Assembly: GCA_963740085.1 (NCBI GenBank)
Contig: CAVUCU010000004.1
Span: forward strand, 96,001 to 160,000
DNA length: 64,000 nt
DNA from: Nitrospirota bacterium
GTDB taxonomy: Bacteria; Nitrospirota; UBA9217
Reading direction: 5' to 3'
The notes under the pieces were generated by a model that was not told the DNA's origin, searched no databases, and was given only the letters and a program-made list of their open reading frames with translations. Made by a program: the position numbers and the translations under genes. This document shows, piece by piece, positions 28,334 to 37,645 of this stretch; the first letter of the stretch is position 1, and each line of letters opens with the position of its first letter.

Positions 28334-29736
28334 AACAGACGATTCTTATTGTTGACGACAATCCGGATATGACCCGCTTGCTTGAGAGGCTCATCGGAAA
28401 TACGCTGCATCTGGAAACCCTATCCGCGGGCAGCGCAGCGGCGGCTCTGCGGATTCTCCAGGAGAAAACCATCAACTGCCTGCTTGTTGACATGAAGATG
28501 CCGGGCATGGACGGCATGGAGCTCATGCGGCGCATCAAGGAAAAGGACGCTTCCCTCCCCGTGATAATAATGACGGCCTATGGCGCCATCGAAACGGCCG
28601 TGGCCGCTATGAAAGAGGGGGCCTATGACTTCGTCACCAAGCCGTTCGAGGAGGAGCGGTTATTGCATACGGTGCGGAGGGCGATGGAGCATGAGAATCT
28701 CCTCCGGAGGAACCTGGACCTTGAAAGAAGGATCAGGGAGAAAGAACGGGAGACTTTCTTTGTCGGTGAGTCACCCCGGATGAAACAACTAATCGATACA
28801 ATTAAGCTGGTGGCCGGGACCGACGTGACCGTACTTATCACGGGCGAAACGGGGACCGGCAAGGAACTGGCGGCACGCATGATCCACAATCTTAGCAACA
28901 GGACCGGTAAACCTTTTGTGGCGGTCAACTGTCCGGCAATCCCTGAAACCATCTTAGAAAGCGAACTTTTCGGTTATCGCAAAGGTGCATTTACCGGTGC
29001 CAACTCTGACCGGGAAGGGCTTTTTCAGGCGGCACAGGGTGGGACCTTGCTCCTGGACGAGATAGGCGACATATCCTCCTCTTTGCAGGCAAAGCTCCTG
29101 AGGGTGCTGCAGGAAAGAGAACTGAAGCCATTAGGCGATACCATAACCCGGAGGGTGGATGTAAGGGTCATCGCCGCCACAAACAGGGACCTGCAGGGTA
29201 ATGTTGCCGCGGGGCTTTTCAGGTCCGACCTTTACTACCGGCTTAATGTCGTTTCGGTCAAGACGCCGCCACTCAGGGACATACCGGAAGATATACCACT
29301 CATCGCCTACCACTTTCTATCCCTGTTTTGCAGCGAGCTTGGATTGGGCCAAAAGAGGTTGACGGAAGAAGCAATACAGTTTCTTGTTTCCAGCCAGTGG
29401 AAAGGCAATGCCCGGGAACTTCAGAACGAGATAAAACGGGCGGTAATCTTTTCAAAAAGCGACCTGCTTGCGCCCGGGGATTTCGGTTCCCGCGTGGAAC
29501 TGATCACTTCGCGAAATGACGCCAATGAGACCGACAACCTCGATTACCGGGAGGCAAAGAAAAAGGTACTCGCTGCATTTAATAGTAACTATATTTCAAA
29601 CCTGCTGCGCCGCACAGGGGGAAATGTTTCCTCAGCCGCTCAGTCTGCGGGGATAGAACGCCAATCGCTCCAGCACCTTATGAGGAAGTATGGCATAGCC
29701 TCCGCCCAGTTTAGAAAAGATGAAGAAAATAAATAA
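28330..29736 (+). CDS. Sigma54-dependent response regulator (NtrC family)
   Basis: Receiver domain (DD, DMKMP), GETGTGKE, GAFTGA, DEIGD, Fis-type HTH. Confidence 0.96.
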   Translation: MKQTILIVDDNPDMTRLLERLIGNTLHLETLSAGSAAAALRILQEKTINCLLVDMKMPGMDGMELMRRIKEKDASLPVIIMTAYGAIETAVAAMKEGAYDFVTKPFEEERLLHTVRRAMEHENLLRRNLDLERRIREKERETFFVGESPRMKQLIDTIKLVAGTDVTVLITGETGTGKELAARMIHNLSNRTGKPFVAVNCPAIPETILESELFGYRKGAFTGANSDREGLFQAAQGGTLLLDEIGDISSSLQAKLLRVLQERELKPLGDTITRRVDVRVIAATNRDLQGNVAAGLFRSDLYYRLNVVSVKTPPLRDIPEDIPLIAYHFLSLFCSELGLGQKRLTEEAIQFLVSSQWKGNARELQNEIKRAVIFSKSDLLAPGDFGSRVELITSRNDANETDNLDYREAKKKVLAAFNSNYISNLLRRTGGNVSSAAQSAGIERQSLQHLMRKYGIASAQFRKDEENK

Positions 29737-29846
29737 TGGCTTATTATTTTCCGCCTCCTTAAATGCTAAAAGGAGTTTGTTTTTTATTTAGACGCCATAT
29801 AATAGAAGATAATATATAAACATGACCACTTTTATGCGAAAGATCA

Positions 29847-29949
29847 TTAAGCAGTCGTTGACAATCGAAAGTCCACTATGATATAGTGCACCCGTTGTTG
29901 TCGCTGAGAAGCGTGTACCTCAAGTGGGGTGTCCTTCCTCCGGCACCAT
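29847..29949. repeat. Att arm copy 2, ending in the tRNA-Leu 3' end
   Basis: Homologous to 20101-20204; contains TTGACA-18 nt-TATAGT facing bamD. Confidence 0.9.
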
Positions 29950-29961
29950 GTGGTAAACAGC

Positions 29962-30085
29962 AAATTCCAAATTACGAATCCCGAATAAATTCCAATTATC
30001 AAATTTCAATGACCCGGAGTCAGAAATTTGGTCTTTGATTCTTCTCTGAGCTTATTGGCGATTTGGTGCTCGTTATCTGGAATTT
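29962..30085. repeat. Inverted 7-nt period array without cargo gene
   Basis: aaattcc aaattac gaatccc gaat..aaatttc aatgacc versus atttggtgctcgttatctggaattt. Confidence 0.75.
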
Positions 30086-30094
30086 CCCCATCGT

Positions 30095-30823
30095 ATGAAA
30101 AAAATACTCATCATAGTGCTCCTTGCCCTTCTCGCCGGGTGCGCGACAAAAGAACCACCCTTCAACGCGGTGGCCGTATTCAAGGCAGCCGAAGAGAACA
30201 TGCGCACGCAATCGTTCGAAAAGGCGCGCAAGGGGTACCAGCAGATCCAGGAACGGTCTCCGGACAAGAGCTATGACGCTGACCTGATGCTTCGTGTCGC
30301 GGACACCTACTACGGCGAGGAGAAATACAGCGAGGCGCTGGTCGAGTACCAGGCCTTCCTGAACTACCATCCCGTGCACAAGGACGCGCCGTACGCCCAG
30401 TACCAGATCGCGATGTGCAACTACCAGGACCTCTCCACCATTGACCGTGACCCCGCGCCCGCCCATGCCGTGATCAGAGAGATGCGAAAGCTCATGGAAA
30501 AATATCCGCACAGCGGCTACGAAGAGCAGGCGAGAAAATATATTGCCATCTGCACGGACTGGATCGCGGAGTACGAACTTTACGTTGCGCATTTCTACTA
30601 CAAAAAGGGGTCCTACAAGGCGGCTGTGGGAAGGTGCGAGAACCTTTTGAAGGAATACCCGGGCTCGAGCTCGGAGAAGGACGCGCTCTATTATGCGGGT
30701 CTTTCGTATCAGGAACTTGGCGAGAAGGACCTGGCGCGCGCCAGGTTCGAGACACTCGCGCAGAAATATCCGGCCATGAAGACAACGGCGCTGTCCCACA
30801 TCCAACACCTGCACCTGCAATGA
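30095..30823 (+). CDS. bamD: Outer membrane protein assembly factor BamD
   Basis: LAG-C lipobox, TPRs, FLNYHP..APYAQY, IDRDP, AEYELYVAHFYYKKG. Confidence 0.9.
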   Translation: MKKILIIVLLALLAGCATKEPPFNAVAVFKAAEENMRTQSFEKARKGYQQIQERSPDKSYDADLMLRVADTYYGEEKYSEALVEYQAFLNYHPVHKDAPYAQYQIAMCNYQDLSTIDRDPAPAHAVIREMRKLMEKYPHSGYEEQARKYIAICTDWIAEYELYVAHFYYKKGSYKAAVGRCENLLKEYPGSSSEKDALYYAGLSYQELGEKDLARARFETLAQKYPAMKTTALSHIQHLHLQ

Positions 30824-31461
30824 AATTTTACCCCGTATATCTGGACCTTCGCGATCGGCCCTGCGCGGTCATCGGCGGCGGAGCGGTGGCCGAACGCAAG
30901 ACGCTCGCGCTCCTTGAAGCCGGGGCCGATGTGACGATCATAAGTCCGGCGCTCACTCCAAAACTGAAAGGTTTTTCCGACGCCGGAAAGATCACCCATT
31001 CTAAAAAACAGTATGAAGAAAGCGACCTCTCCGGCGTGTTCCTCGTGATCGCTGCTACGCCTTCGGTCGAGGTGAACACCCTCGTGGCGCGTGCATGCAG
31101 GAAGAGGCATGTGCTGGTCAATGTAGCGGTGCCTCCGGAGGAGAGCAGCTTTATCGTACCCTCGGTGGTGGAGCGAGGAGATCTTTTGATCGCGGTCTCC
31201 ACGAGCGGCGCAAGTCCGGCGCTGGCGAAGAAGATCAGACAGGACATCGAACAAAGGTATGGCGCGGAGTACGGGCTTTTCCTTGATAAAATGTCGGCGA
31301 TCCGTCATCGGGTACTTGAAAAGGTCCCTGATGGACGGAAAAGACATGAGGTGTTTCAGGAGCTCGTGGACTCCGATGTCATCGATCTCATCCGTCTCGG
31401 AAAGACGCACGAGGCGGAGCTGCGAATGGCTGAGATCGCGGGATTGAAGCACCGGGTGTAA
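30820..31461 (+). CDS. Precorrin-2 dehydrogenase / sirohydrochlorin ferrochelatase (CysG N-terminal type)
   Basis: FYPVYLDL, VIGGGAVAERK, VSTSGASPALAK; ATGA overlap with bamD. Confidence 0.92.
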   Translation: MKFYPVYLDLRDRPCAVIGGGAVAERKTLALLEAGADVTIISPALTPKLKGFSDAGKITHSKKQYEESDLSGVFLVIAATPSVEVNTLVARACRKRHVLVNVAVPPEESSFIVPSVVERGDLLIAVSTSGASPALAKKIRQDIEQRYGAEYGLFLDKMSAIRHRVLEKVPDGRKRHEVFQELVDSDVIDLIRLGKTHEAELRMAEIAGLKHRV

Positions 31462-31514
31462 GGGCAGTACTCGGTCATTTATTAGTTAAATTTTATCGTA
31501 ACTACTCAGATGTG

Positions 31515-31597
31515 GCCGCAAAAGAACGCAAGGAACTCAAAGAAAAAACCTGAATCCATGTATTTCAGTTTTAATTCTCTCTGCGATCCTTCGCGGC
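31515..31597. repeat. Inverted 10-nt period array without cargo gene
   Basis: gccgcaaaagaacgcaaggaactcaaaga ... tctctgcgatccttcgcggc. Confidence 0.7.
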
Positions 31598-31758
31598 AAA
31601 CGGATTTTGACCTGAGTAGAGACAATCTTTCTAACGGCTATGCTCCTTTCTTCGGTTGGCTCTGTCGTCTGGTCCAACCGGTCCATAATCAAGAAAGTGA
31701 GGATGGCCTTTTTCGATTTTGACCTTTCGGTTCCGGCTTGTCCGGGTTAGGGGAAAGT

Positions 31759-33744
31759 ATGAAGTCTGCAGATCAAAAAAAAGGATCATCGACCTGGCAG
31801 AATGAAGTGAAGCGTGTTGCCGCAGGCGTCCGGAAACGCGTGCTGGAACATACGATCATGAACAACGGGGGTTATCTCTCACAGGCCTGTTCATCGGCGG
31901 AGATCCTGGCGACGCTCTACGTGAAGATCATGGACCTCGGCACGATCAAGGCCCCACTCGTGCCCCTGCCGTTCCCGGGAGTGCCTGGCCCGAACAACCC
32001 TGATTACTTTACCGGCGCCTCTTTTAACGGCCCGGGTCCCGACCATGACCGCTTCTTTCTTTCTCCCGCCCAATACGCCCTGGTGCTCTACGCGACCCTG
32101 ATCGAGACGGGACGCATGGCGGAGGAAGGGCTTCTCCAGTTCAACAAGGATGGAAGTTCGGTCGAAATGATCGGCGCCGAGCATTCGCCGGGTATGGAGA
32201 CCATGACCGGCTCTCTCGGCCAGGGCATCAGCCAGGCGGCAGGCATCGCCATGGCCAGAAAGAGAAAGGAAGAGAAGGGCAGGGTGATCATCTTCATGTC
32301 CGACGGCGAGTTCCAGATCGGCCAGACCTGGGAGGCGCTCCAGTCACTGTCCTTTCACATGCTCGACAACGTGGTCATCTTCGTTGATGTGAACGGCTTC
32401 CAGTGCGACGGCAAGATGTGCACGGTCATGGACATCGAACCGCTGGACAAGCGGATCGAATCCTTCGGGGCGCGGGTGCTCAGGGTCAATGGGCACGATA
32501 TCAAGCGTCTCGCGGATGCCGGATCGCTTACCCCGGATGGACGGCCTGTTGTCGTGCTCTGCGATACCGATGCCGCACGGGGACTGGATATCCTCAAGTC
32601 GCGGGCCCCGAAGATGCACTATGTCCGCTTCACGAGCGAAGAGGAAAAGGGCCGTTATGCTGCCGCTTATGCGGAGTTGTGCGGCAGGGAGTATTCGCCC
32701 GAACAAAAGAAGGGGGCGGCGCCCGCAAGATCTTCCATCGGTCCGGAGATCGTTACCAGGGTCCACGCAAAGAACCTCGTCCGCTGGGCAGCGGACAAAC
32801 CGGAAGTGCTGGTGCTCTCTGCGGACCTCACGAGTTCAACGGAGATCGATCTGTTCAGGTCTACGTATCCCGACCGCTTTCTGTCCATGGGCGTTGCGGA
32901 ACAGAACATGCTGAGCTTTGCCGCCGGCCTTGCGCGGGAAGGTTTTATTCCCTTTGTGCATACCTTCGCGGTCTTCATCTATCGCCGCGCCTATGACCAG
33001 ATCGCGATGTCCGTCGCTTATCCGAACCTGCCGGTCCGGATGATCGGTTTTCTTCCGGGCATCACGACGCCGGGCGGGGCTACCCATCAGGCGATCGAGG
33101 ATATCGCGATCATGCGCGCGTTGCCGAACATGACTGTGCTTGAGTGCGGTGACGCGACCGAGGTGGAATCCGTCCTCGAGCTGATGCAGGAAATCAAAGG
33201 CCCGGTGTATGTGCGGATGCTGCGCGGCGAGATCCCGCGGCTCTTCAATAGTCCGATGAAATTGGGAACAGCGCGCGTCCTGACCGAAGGGAAGGATCTC
33301 GTCATTCTGTCAAGCGGCATCATGACCGAAGAGGCAATGCGGGCGGTTCAGGTCCTCCGGAAAAGGGGCCTCTCTGTTCAGCACATGCATATCTCTACAT
33401 TGAAGCCGTTCGATGATCGTTCCGTTCTCGATGCGATCAGCAGGTCGCGCTTCGGCGTCATCACCATGGAGAACCACACGGTCATCGGCGGTCTCGGCAC
33501 GATCATCGCCGAGAAGATGGCGGAATCCGGCATGTCGAAAAAACTGGTCAGGATCGGCCTGAAGGATACGTTCAGCCACGGCGCGAGCAAACAGTATCTT
33601 CTGAAGGAACACAAGATGGACGCGTTATCACTGATCAGCGAGGTTGAGGCGATGATCGGCCGGAAATTCAACATCCTGAAAGACGAATTGGCAGGGACGC
33701 ATGTAGCCGCTGTCCATAGCAAGGCCAAAGCTGAGGCGCTTTAA
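31759..33744 (+). CDS. Transketolase-family ThDP enzyme (fused N- and C-terminal parts) with a non-canonical active site
   Basis: TGSLGQG, SDGE..N ThDP motif, NGHD, SADL, GVAEQNM, RAYDQI, ATHQ, PVYVR, ENH. Confidence 0.9.
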   Translation: MKSADQKKGSSTWQNEVKRVAAGVRKRVLEHTIMNNGGYLSQACSSAEILATLYVKIMDLGTIKAPLVPLPFPGVPGPNNPDYFTGASFNGPGPDHDRFFLSPAQYALVLYATLIETGRMAEEGLLQFNKDGSSVEMIGAEHSPGMETMTGSLGQGISQAAGIAMARKRKEEKGRVIIFMSDGEFQIGQTWEALQSLSFHMLDNVVIFVDVNGFQCDGKMCTVMDIEPLDKRIESFGARVLRVNGHDIKRLADAGSLTPDGRPVVVLCDTDAARGLDILKSRAPKMHYVRFTSEEEKGRYAAAYAELCGREYSPEQKKGAAPARSSIGPEIVTRVHAKNLVRWAADKPEVLVLSADLTSSTEIDLFRSTYPDRFLSMGVAEQNMLSFAAGLAREGFIPFVHTFAVFIYRRAYDQIAMSVAYPNLPVRMIGFLPGITTPGGATHQAIEDIAIMRALPNMTVLECGDATEVESVLELMQEIKGPVYVRMLRGEIPRLFNSPMKLGTARVLTEGKDLVILSSGIMTEEAMRAVQVLRKRGLSVQHMHISTLKPFDDRSVLDAISRSRFGVITMENHTVIGGLGTIIAEKMAESGMSKKLVRIGLKDTFSHGASKQYLLKEHKMDALSLISEVEAMIGRKFNILKDELAGTHVAAVHSKAKAEAL

Positions 33745-34898
33745 TGATCATTCAAAAAACCTGCACGCCGAATTCCTTGTTCTCATTGGAACGTTTTTCC
33801 GTCACCTACCGGCTGTTCGGGGGCGAGAAGGACACGCGTGCCAAAGCCGAAGACATCTGCATTGAGCAGACCGTGGAATTTCCCGCCGATGAAGTGCCCG
33901 AGGGGATCATCAGAGACCATGTCTTCGGAAGGATCGAATCATTCGAGCGTTACGACAACGAAAGCTTCAAGGCGGTCATAAGCTATGCCGTGGAAATAGC
34001 GGCAGGCGAACTGACACAGTTCCTGAACGTTGTTTTCGGCAACAGCAGCATCAAGCCGGGCGTCAGGGTGGAGCACCTCGATCTGCCTGAATCGCTGGTT
34101 CGTTGCTTCAAAGGGCCGCGCTTCGGCAGGGTGGGATTACGAAACCTTCTGCAGGCCCCGAAGCGGCCGCTTCTTTCCACTGCGCTCAAACCCATGGGGC
34201 TTTCGTCACAGGAGCTTGCGGACCTGGCATACCAGTTCACCCTCGGGGGCATGGACCTCATCAAGGACGACCACGGACTGAGCAATCAGAGCTGTTCGCC
34301 ATTTGAGGAACGGGTCAGCCTTTGCGCTGCCGCAGTACAGAGGGGAAACAAGGAGACAGGCCAGCGCACGCTCTATGTGGCGAATATTACCGCTCCCCAC
34401 AGCGAGGTCATACAAAGAGCCCGCTTCGCGAAACGAGCCGGCGCGGGCGGCCTGATGGCAGCGCCGGGACTGATCGGCTTTGATCTGATGCGGGAACTTG
34501 CTGATGACGATTCGCTCGCGCTGCCGATCCTGACGCATCCGGCGTTGCAGGGAAGTTTTGTGGCCAGCCGGAACGGCATCTCGCACGGAGTCATCTTCGG
34601 CCAGCTCGCGCGCCTTGCAGGCGCGGACGCGACCATCTTCCCGAACTACGGCGGACGCTTTTCATTCAGCCGGGACGAGTGCAAAGAGATCGCCGGCGCA
34701 ACCTCGGCGCCGATGGGTCATCTCAAGTCGATCTTTCCCGCGCCGGGAGGAGGCATGAACCTCGAGAGGGTGCCGGAGATGATCGAGACCTACGGCCGGG
34801 ACCTAATTTTTCTGATCGGCGGGGGGTTGTTCAAGCACGGACCCGACCTTGTTGAGAACTGCCGGTATTTCAGAAAAATAGTGGAGGCGATGCAATAA
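33744..34898 (+). CDS. RuBisCO-like protein (form IV)
   Basis: IEQTVE, FKGPRFG, LKPMG, IKDDHG, HPA, RLAGAD, PAPGGG, IGGG; 384 aa; TAATG-coupled to the upstream gene. Confidence 0.93.
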   Translation: MIIQKTCTPNSLFSLERFSVTYRLFGGEKDTRAKAEDICIEQTVEFPADEVPEGIIRDHVFGRIESFERYDNESFKAVISYAVEIAAGELTQFLNVVFGNSSIKPGVRVEHLDLPESLVRCFKGPRFGRVGLRNLLQAPKRPLLSTALKPMGLSSQELADLAYQFTLGGMDLIKDDHGLSNQSCSPFEERVSLCAAAVQRGNKETGQRTLYVANITAPHSEVIQRARFAKRAGAGGLMAAPGLIGFDLMRELADDDSLALPILTHPALQGSFVASRNGISHGVIFGQLARLAGADATIFPNYGGRFSFSRDECKEIAGATSAPMGHLKSIFPAPGGGMNLERVPEMIETYGRDLIFLIGGGLFKHGPDLVENCRYFRKIVEAMQ

Positions 34899-35031
34899 GG
34901 TTAATCGTGCAAAGCACCGGGTTCCAGGTCCTGAGTGCTGACTGAACGGCAACAATGTTTAAATTTGATACTAGAAGCTTATCCTCTTTCTAACGCTCGG
35001 ACTTTTAAGCCCGTAGCTGGCGAGGCCACTT

Positions 35032-36225
35032 ATGCAAACAAAAAAGCTGCTCCTCGGAAGTTCGCTGGTCCTTTACTTTGTCATTGCCTTTGAAGTCTTG
35101 ATCATGATCAGCCCCTTTGCGGGCTTCTTCTACTCGGTCTTTAACCCGTTGCTGCTCAATCTCGCGAGCCGTCCCTCAACGCGATGGCTCAGCGCCTTTT
35201 ACCTGCCGCACATGGTCCTGCCTCAGGACCCGCTCCTTCAGTTCGTGCGCATCATGGGATCGGTCCTCTTCGTTTTCGGGATGGCGATCTTTTTCGTGTG
35301 CGCCGGCCAGATTTACTTCGCCAAATTCACTAAAAAGGGTGCCGTCCTGGGCGGCCTGTACGCCTATATCCGGCATCCTCAGTACCTTGCACTGGGGATA
35401 GCGGGCCTCGGGCTTTCCATCCTCTGGCCGCGTTTTTTAACTATCGTACTATGGCTCGCTATGGCATTGGTATATTATTTTCTTGCCAAGGATGAAGAAC
35501 GAAGGATGCTGAATGCACATGAGGCGACCTATCGTTCGTACATGGATAAGACCGGGATGTTTTTGCCGGGGAGGTTGGAAAAATCTTTGACTCCATCCTC
35601 AACTATCGGGAAGGTCGTTTTCGCAATCGGACTCGCAGCAATGGTCATTGGAACAGCTTTCTTTCTCCGCATGCATACAATCAGGCAACTGACACTCTGG
35701 ACAAAAGCGCCCAACGTGGTCGGCATCGCCATCCTGCCCGAGGACGGATTCAAGATGGAGCACCGGATGAGCGACATTTGTTCACTTCCGGAAGTACAGT
35801 CACGGATACAGGACAATAAAAAGTACCTCGTCTATTTTATTCCGCGGGACTATATTATGCAGGGCATGATCGCGGATACCGGCGGGGACTGGAGGCTTTA
35901 TAATCAGCACCACTCTTTGTCCATGATCTCTGACTGGGTGTTCCATCCCTTCCGGCATCTCAGAGAAGGGCATCACGCAATGCATGGCGCGATGCAGATG
36001 CAGCATCCGGGGAACGAGGCACCGGCGGGCGGCGTGGTCCGGAGACTCATCTTTCTTTCGATCGAGGATATTGAAGTGAATTCTCCGGATGACCTATTCT
36101 CGATCAATGCCCTTCGCGTTCCGCGGTTCATGGTGGATGTGGACGTGCACGCCCTGCAACTGATCGAGGTCAAGGACCTCGCGCACGGGAGCGGGTGGGG
36201 GACCGTTCCGACGCCGGTGTTCTGA
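35032..36225 (+). CDS. ICMT/PEMT-family membrane methyltransferase with a His-rich soluble C-terminal domain
   Basis: GLYAYIRHPQY, DEERRM, Y..KTGMFLP; tail FHPFRHLREGHHAMHG. Confidence 0.8.
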   Translation: MQTKKLLLGSSLVLYFVIAFEVLIMISPFAGFFYSVFNPLLLNLASRPSTRWLSAFYLPHMVLPQDPLLQFVRIMGSVLFVFGMAIFFVCAGQIYFAKFTKKGAVLGGLYAYIRHPQYLALGIAGLGLSILWPRFLTIVLWLAMALVYYFLAKDEERRMLNAHEATYRSYMDKTGMFLPGRLEKSLTPSSTIGKVVFAIGLAAMVIGTAFFLRMHTIRQLTLWTKAPNVVGIAILPEDGFKMEHRMSDICSLPEVQSRIQDNKKYLVYFIPRDYIMQGMIADTGGDWRLYNQHHSLSMISDWVFHPFRHLREGHHAMHGAMQMQHPGNEAPAGGVVRRLIFLSIEDIEVNSPDDLFSINALRVPRFMVDVDVHALQLIEVKDLAHGSGWGTVPTPVF

Positions 36226-36354
36226 AAGAAAACTTGTTTTTTGCAACGTCAAAAGGACGACCAGTGGAAACCTTCTTGTAAATAATATCCCCTTCGTTCC
36301 GCGCGGGCGTTCCGAGAGGAGCGCTTTCGTCGTAACGCCTTGCTCCCGTTCGTT

Positions 36355-37327
36355 CTATCCCTTCCTTGCTGTCAGCACGACGGTGTCCCCGAGGACCATC
36401 GTCTTAATGCTTCTAAAGCCCGTCTTTATGAGCCACGCCTTCATCTCCTGGACAGTATAACTTCTGCCTGCCGCAGTATTGACGAGCATATTGACGGAGA
36501 AGAGCGCGCCGGGGACCGGGAAGGCCCTGTTGTTTTCCAGGAAGAACTCGTGGATAGCGATCCTGCCTTTCGGGTTCAGCGCATCCCGGGATTTATTCAG
36601 AAGCGCAAGGCTTTCATCCTTGGAAAGAGAATGCAGTATCTGGCTGACGAACACCAGGTCGTAGTTGTCTCCCGATATCATCGGAATGATAATCGCCGCC
36701 GATAAATTCAATGCTCCTGACCTTCGATGCCTTGACGATCTTCCTCGCGATATCGACGGTATCGGGCAGGTCGAAGAGCGTGACCGTCATGCCGTGCCGG
36801 GCAAGTTCCATGCTGTAGGTCCCGGGACCGCCGCCGAGGTCGAGCGCCTTTTTCACGTTGCTCAGGTCAAGGGCCCCGATCACCGTGCTTGCGCGAAAGA
36901 CCGCATTGTTATGCATGGCCATGATGAACGACTCGTGATCACGGCCCCCTGAACGGTTCGGCAGGCCGGTCTTCATGACCTCGTCGAGCCCGGACCAGTT
37001 CTTCCAGAGCGCGTCCGAATGGCGAAGCATGTCGCCCTGGTACCAGGGCGATTCTTTCAGGAGAAATTTTTTCGCCAGGACCGCATTGTGATACGTCGCT
37101 CCTGTTTTCTTGAGCAGTCCGAGGGCCGTAACCGCATCAAGCAGGATCTCCGTTGCCCGCACATCGGTCTTGATCTTCCCCGCAAGCCAAATCGCGGTCT
37201 TCGGTGTCTTGAGGTGTTCAAAGACCGCGTAATTGTTCGCGGTCAGTATCACGCGAGATGCTCGGAACCCGCCCGAGAGCCGCATAAAAACCTGCATCTG
37301 GTTCATAGTGTCTTTGTTCATTGGCAT
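36355..37327 (-). pseudogene. SAM-dependent O-methyltransferase (dimerisation plus MTase domains), +1 frameshift at about 36672
   Basis: LDLGGGPG and FDLP in ORF 36614..37327; SQILH and AIHEF in ORF 36355..36711; removing one G from atcgggagac restores DDIGDNYDL. Confidence 0.85.
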
Positions 37328-37567
37328 GTCCTTTCTTTCTCTTCAGCCGTCATTCCCGAGAAAAGAGTGATCCGATCTCCTGGTTTTGACTGGCAGTGTC
37401 CAAACACATCATAGCGCACGATCCAAGGAGAAGTCAATGACTCAACCTGAAATAGGCTTGAAATTGCCCCGGATTTGAACGATAATCCAACTTCAGAGGC
37501 ATCGAAGGCAAGAGCTCCAATGCTCACCAATCGGTATCTTGACGTGAAGCCTGCGCGAACAATATCG

Positions 37568-37597
37568 TTGACAATCACTTCTGGCGTGCTCTATACT
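37568..37597 (+). promoter_or_regulatory. Probable sigma70 promoter of the DUF2127-hisS operon
   Basis: TTGACA-18 nt-TATACT. Confidence 0.6.
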
Positions 37598-37645
37598 CAC
37601 AGTTATCAGCAAGGTCACCACGAAACAGAATGACGGGCCGAGCAT

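Larger units (their letters stand above)
20243..29949. mobile_element. Decayed integrative island 2 at tRNA-Leu
   Basis: Degenerate att (cccttcgctcggcaccat, 20243-20260), integrase-like remnant, IS remnant, cargo operon, and a distal att gtccttcctccggcaccat at 29931-29949. Confidence 0.75.

Noticed and set aside
29847-29949. Att-arm repeat as a promoter-driven tRNA-like small RNA ending in ACCA
   Set aside because: Differences between the two copies follow a minus-strand codon pattern (synonymous changes, 3-nt indel), which fits an integrase tail better; no cloverleaf can be drawn.
33744-34898. CO2-fixing RuBisCO
   Set aside because: Short (384 aa), has KDDH instead of KDDE, and no small subunit or phosphoribulokinase is nearby; it is a form IV RLP.
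37318-37578. 86-aa ORF upstream of the O-methyltransferase
   Set aside because: No recognisable motif, and it overlaps a probable divergent promoter; it cannot be supported.
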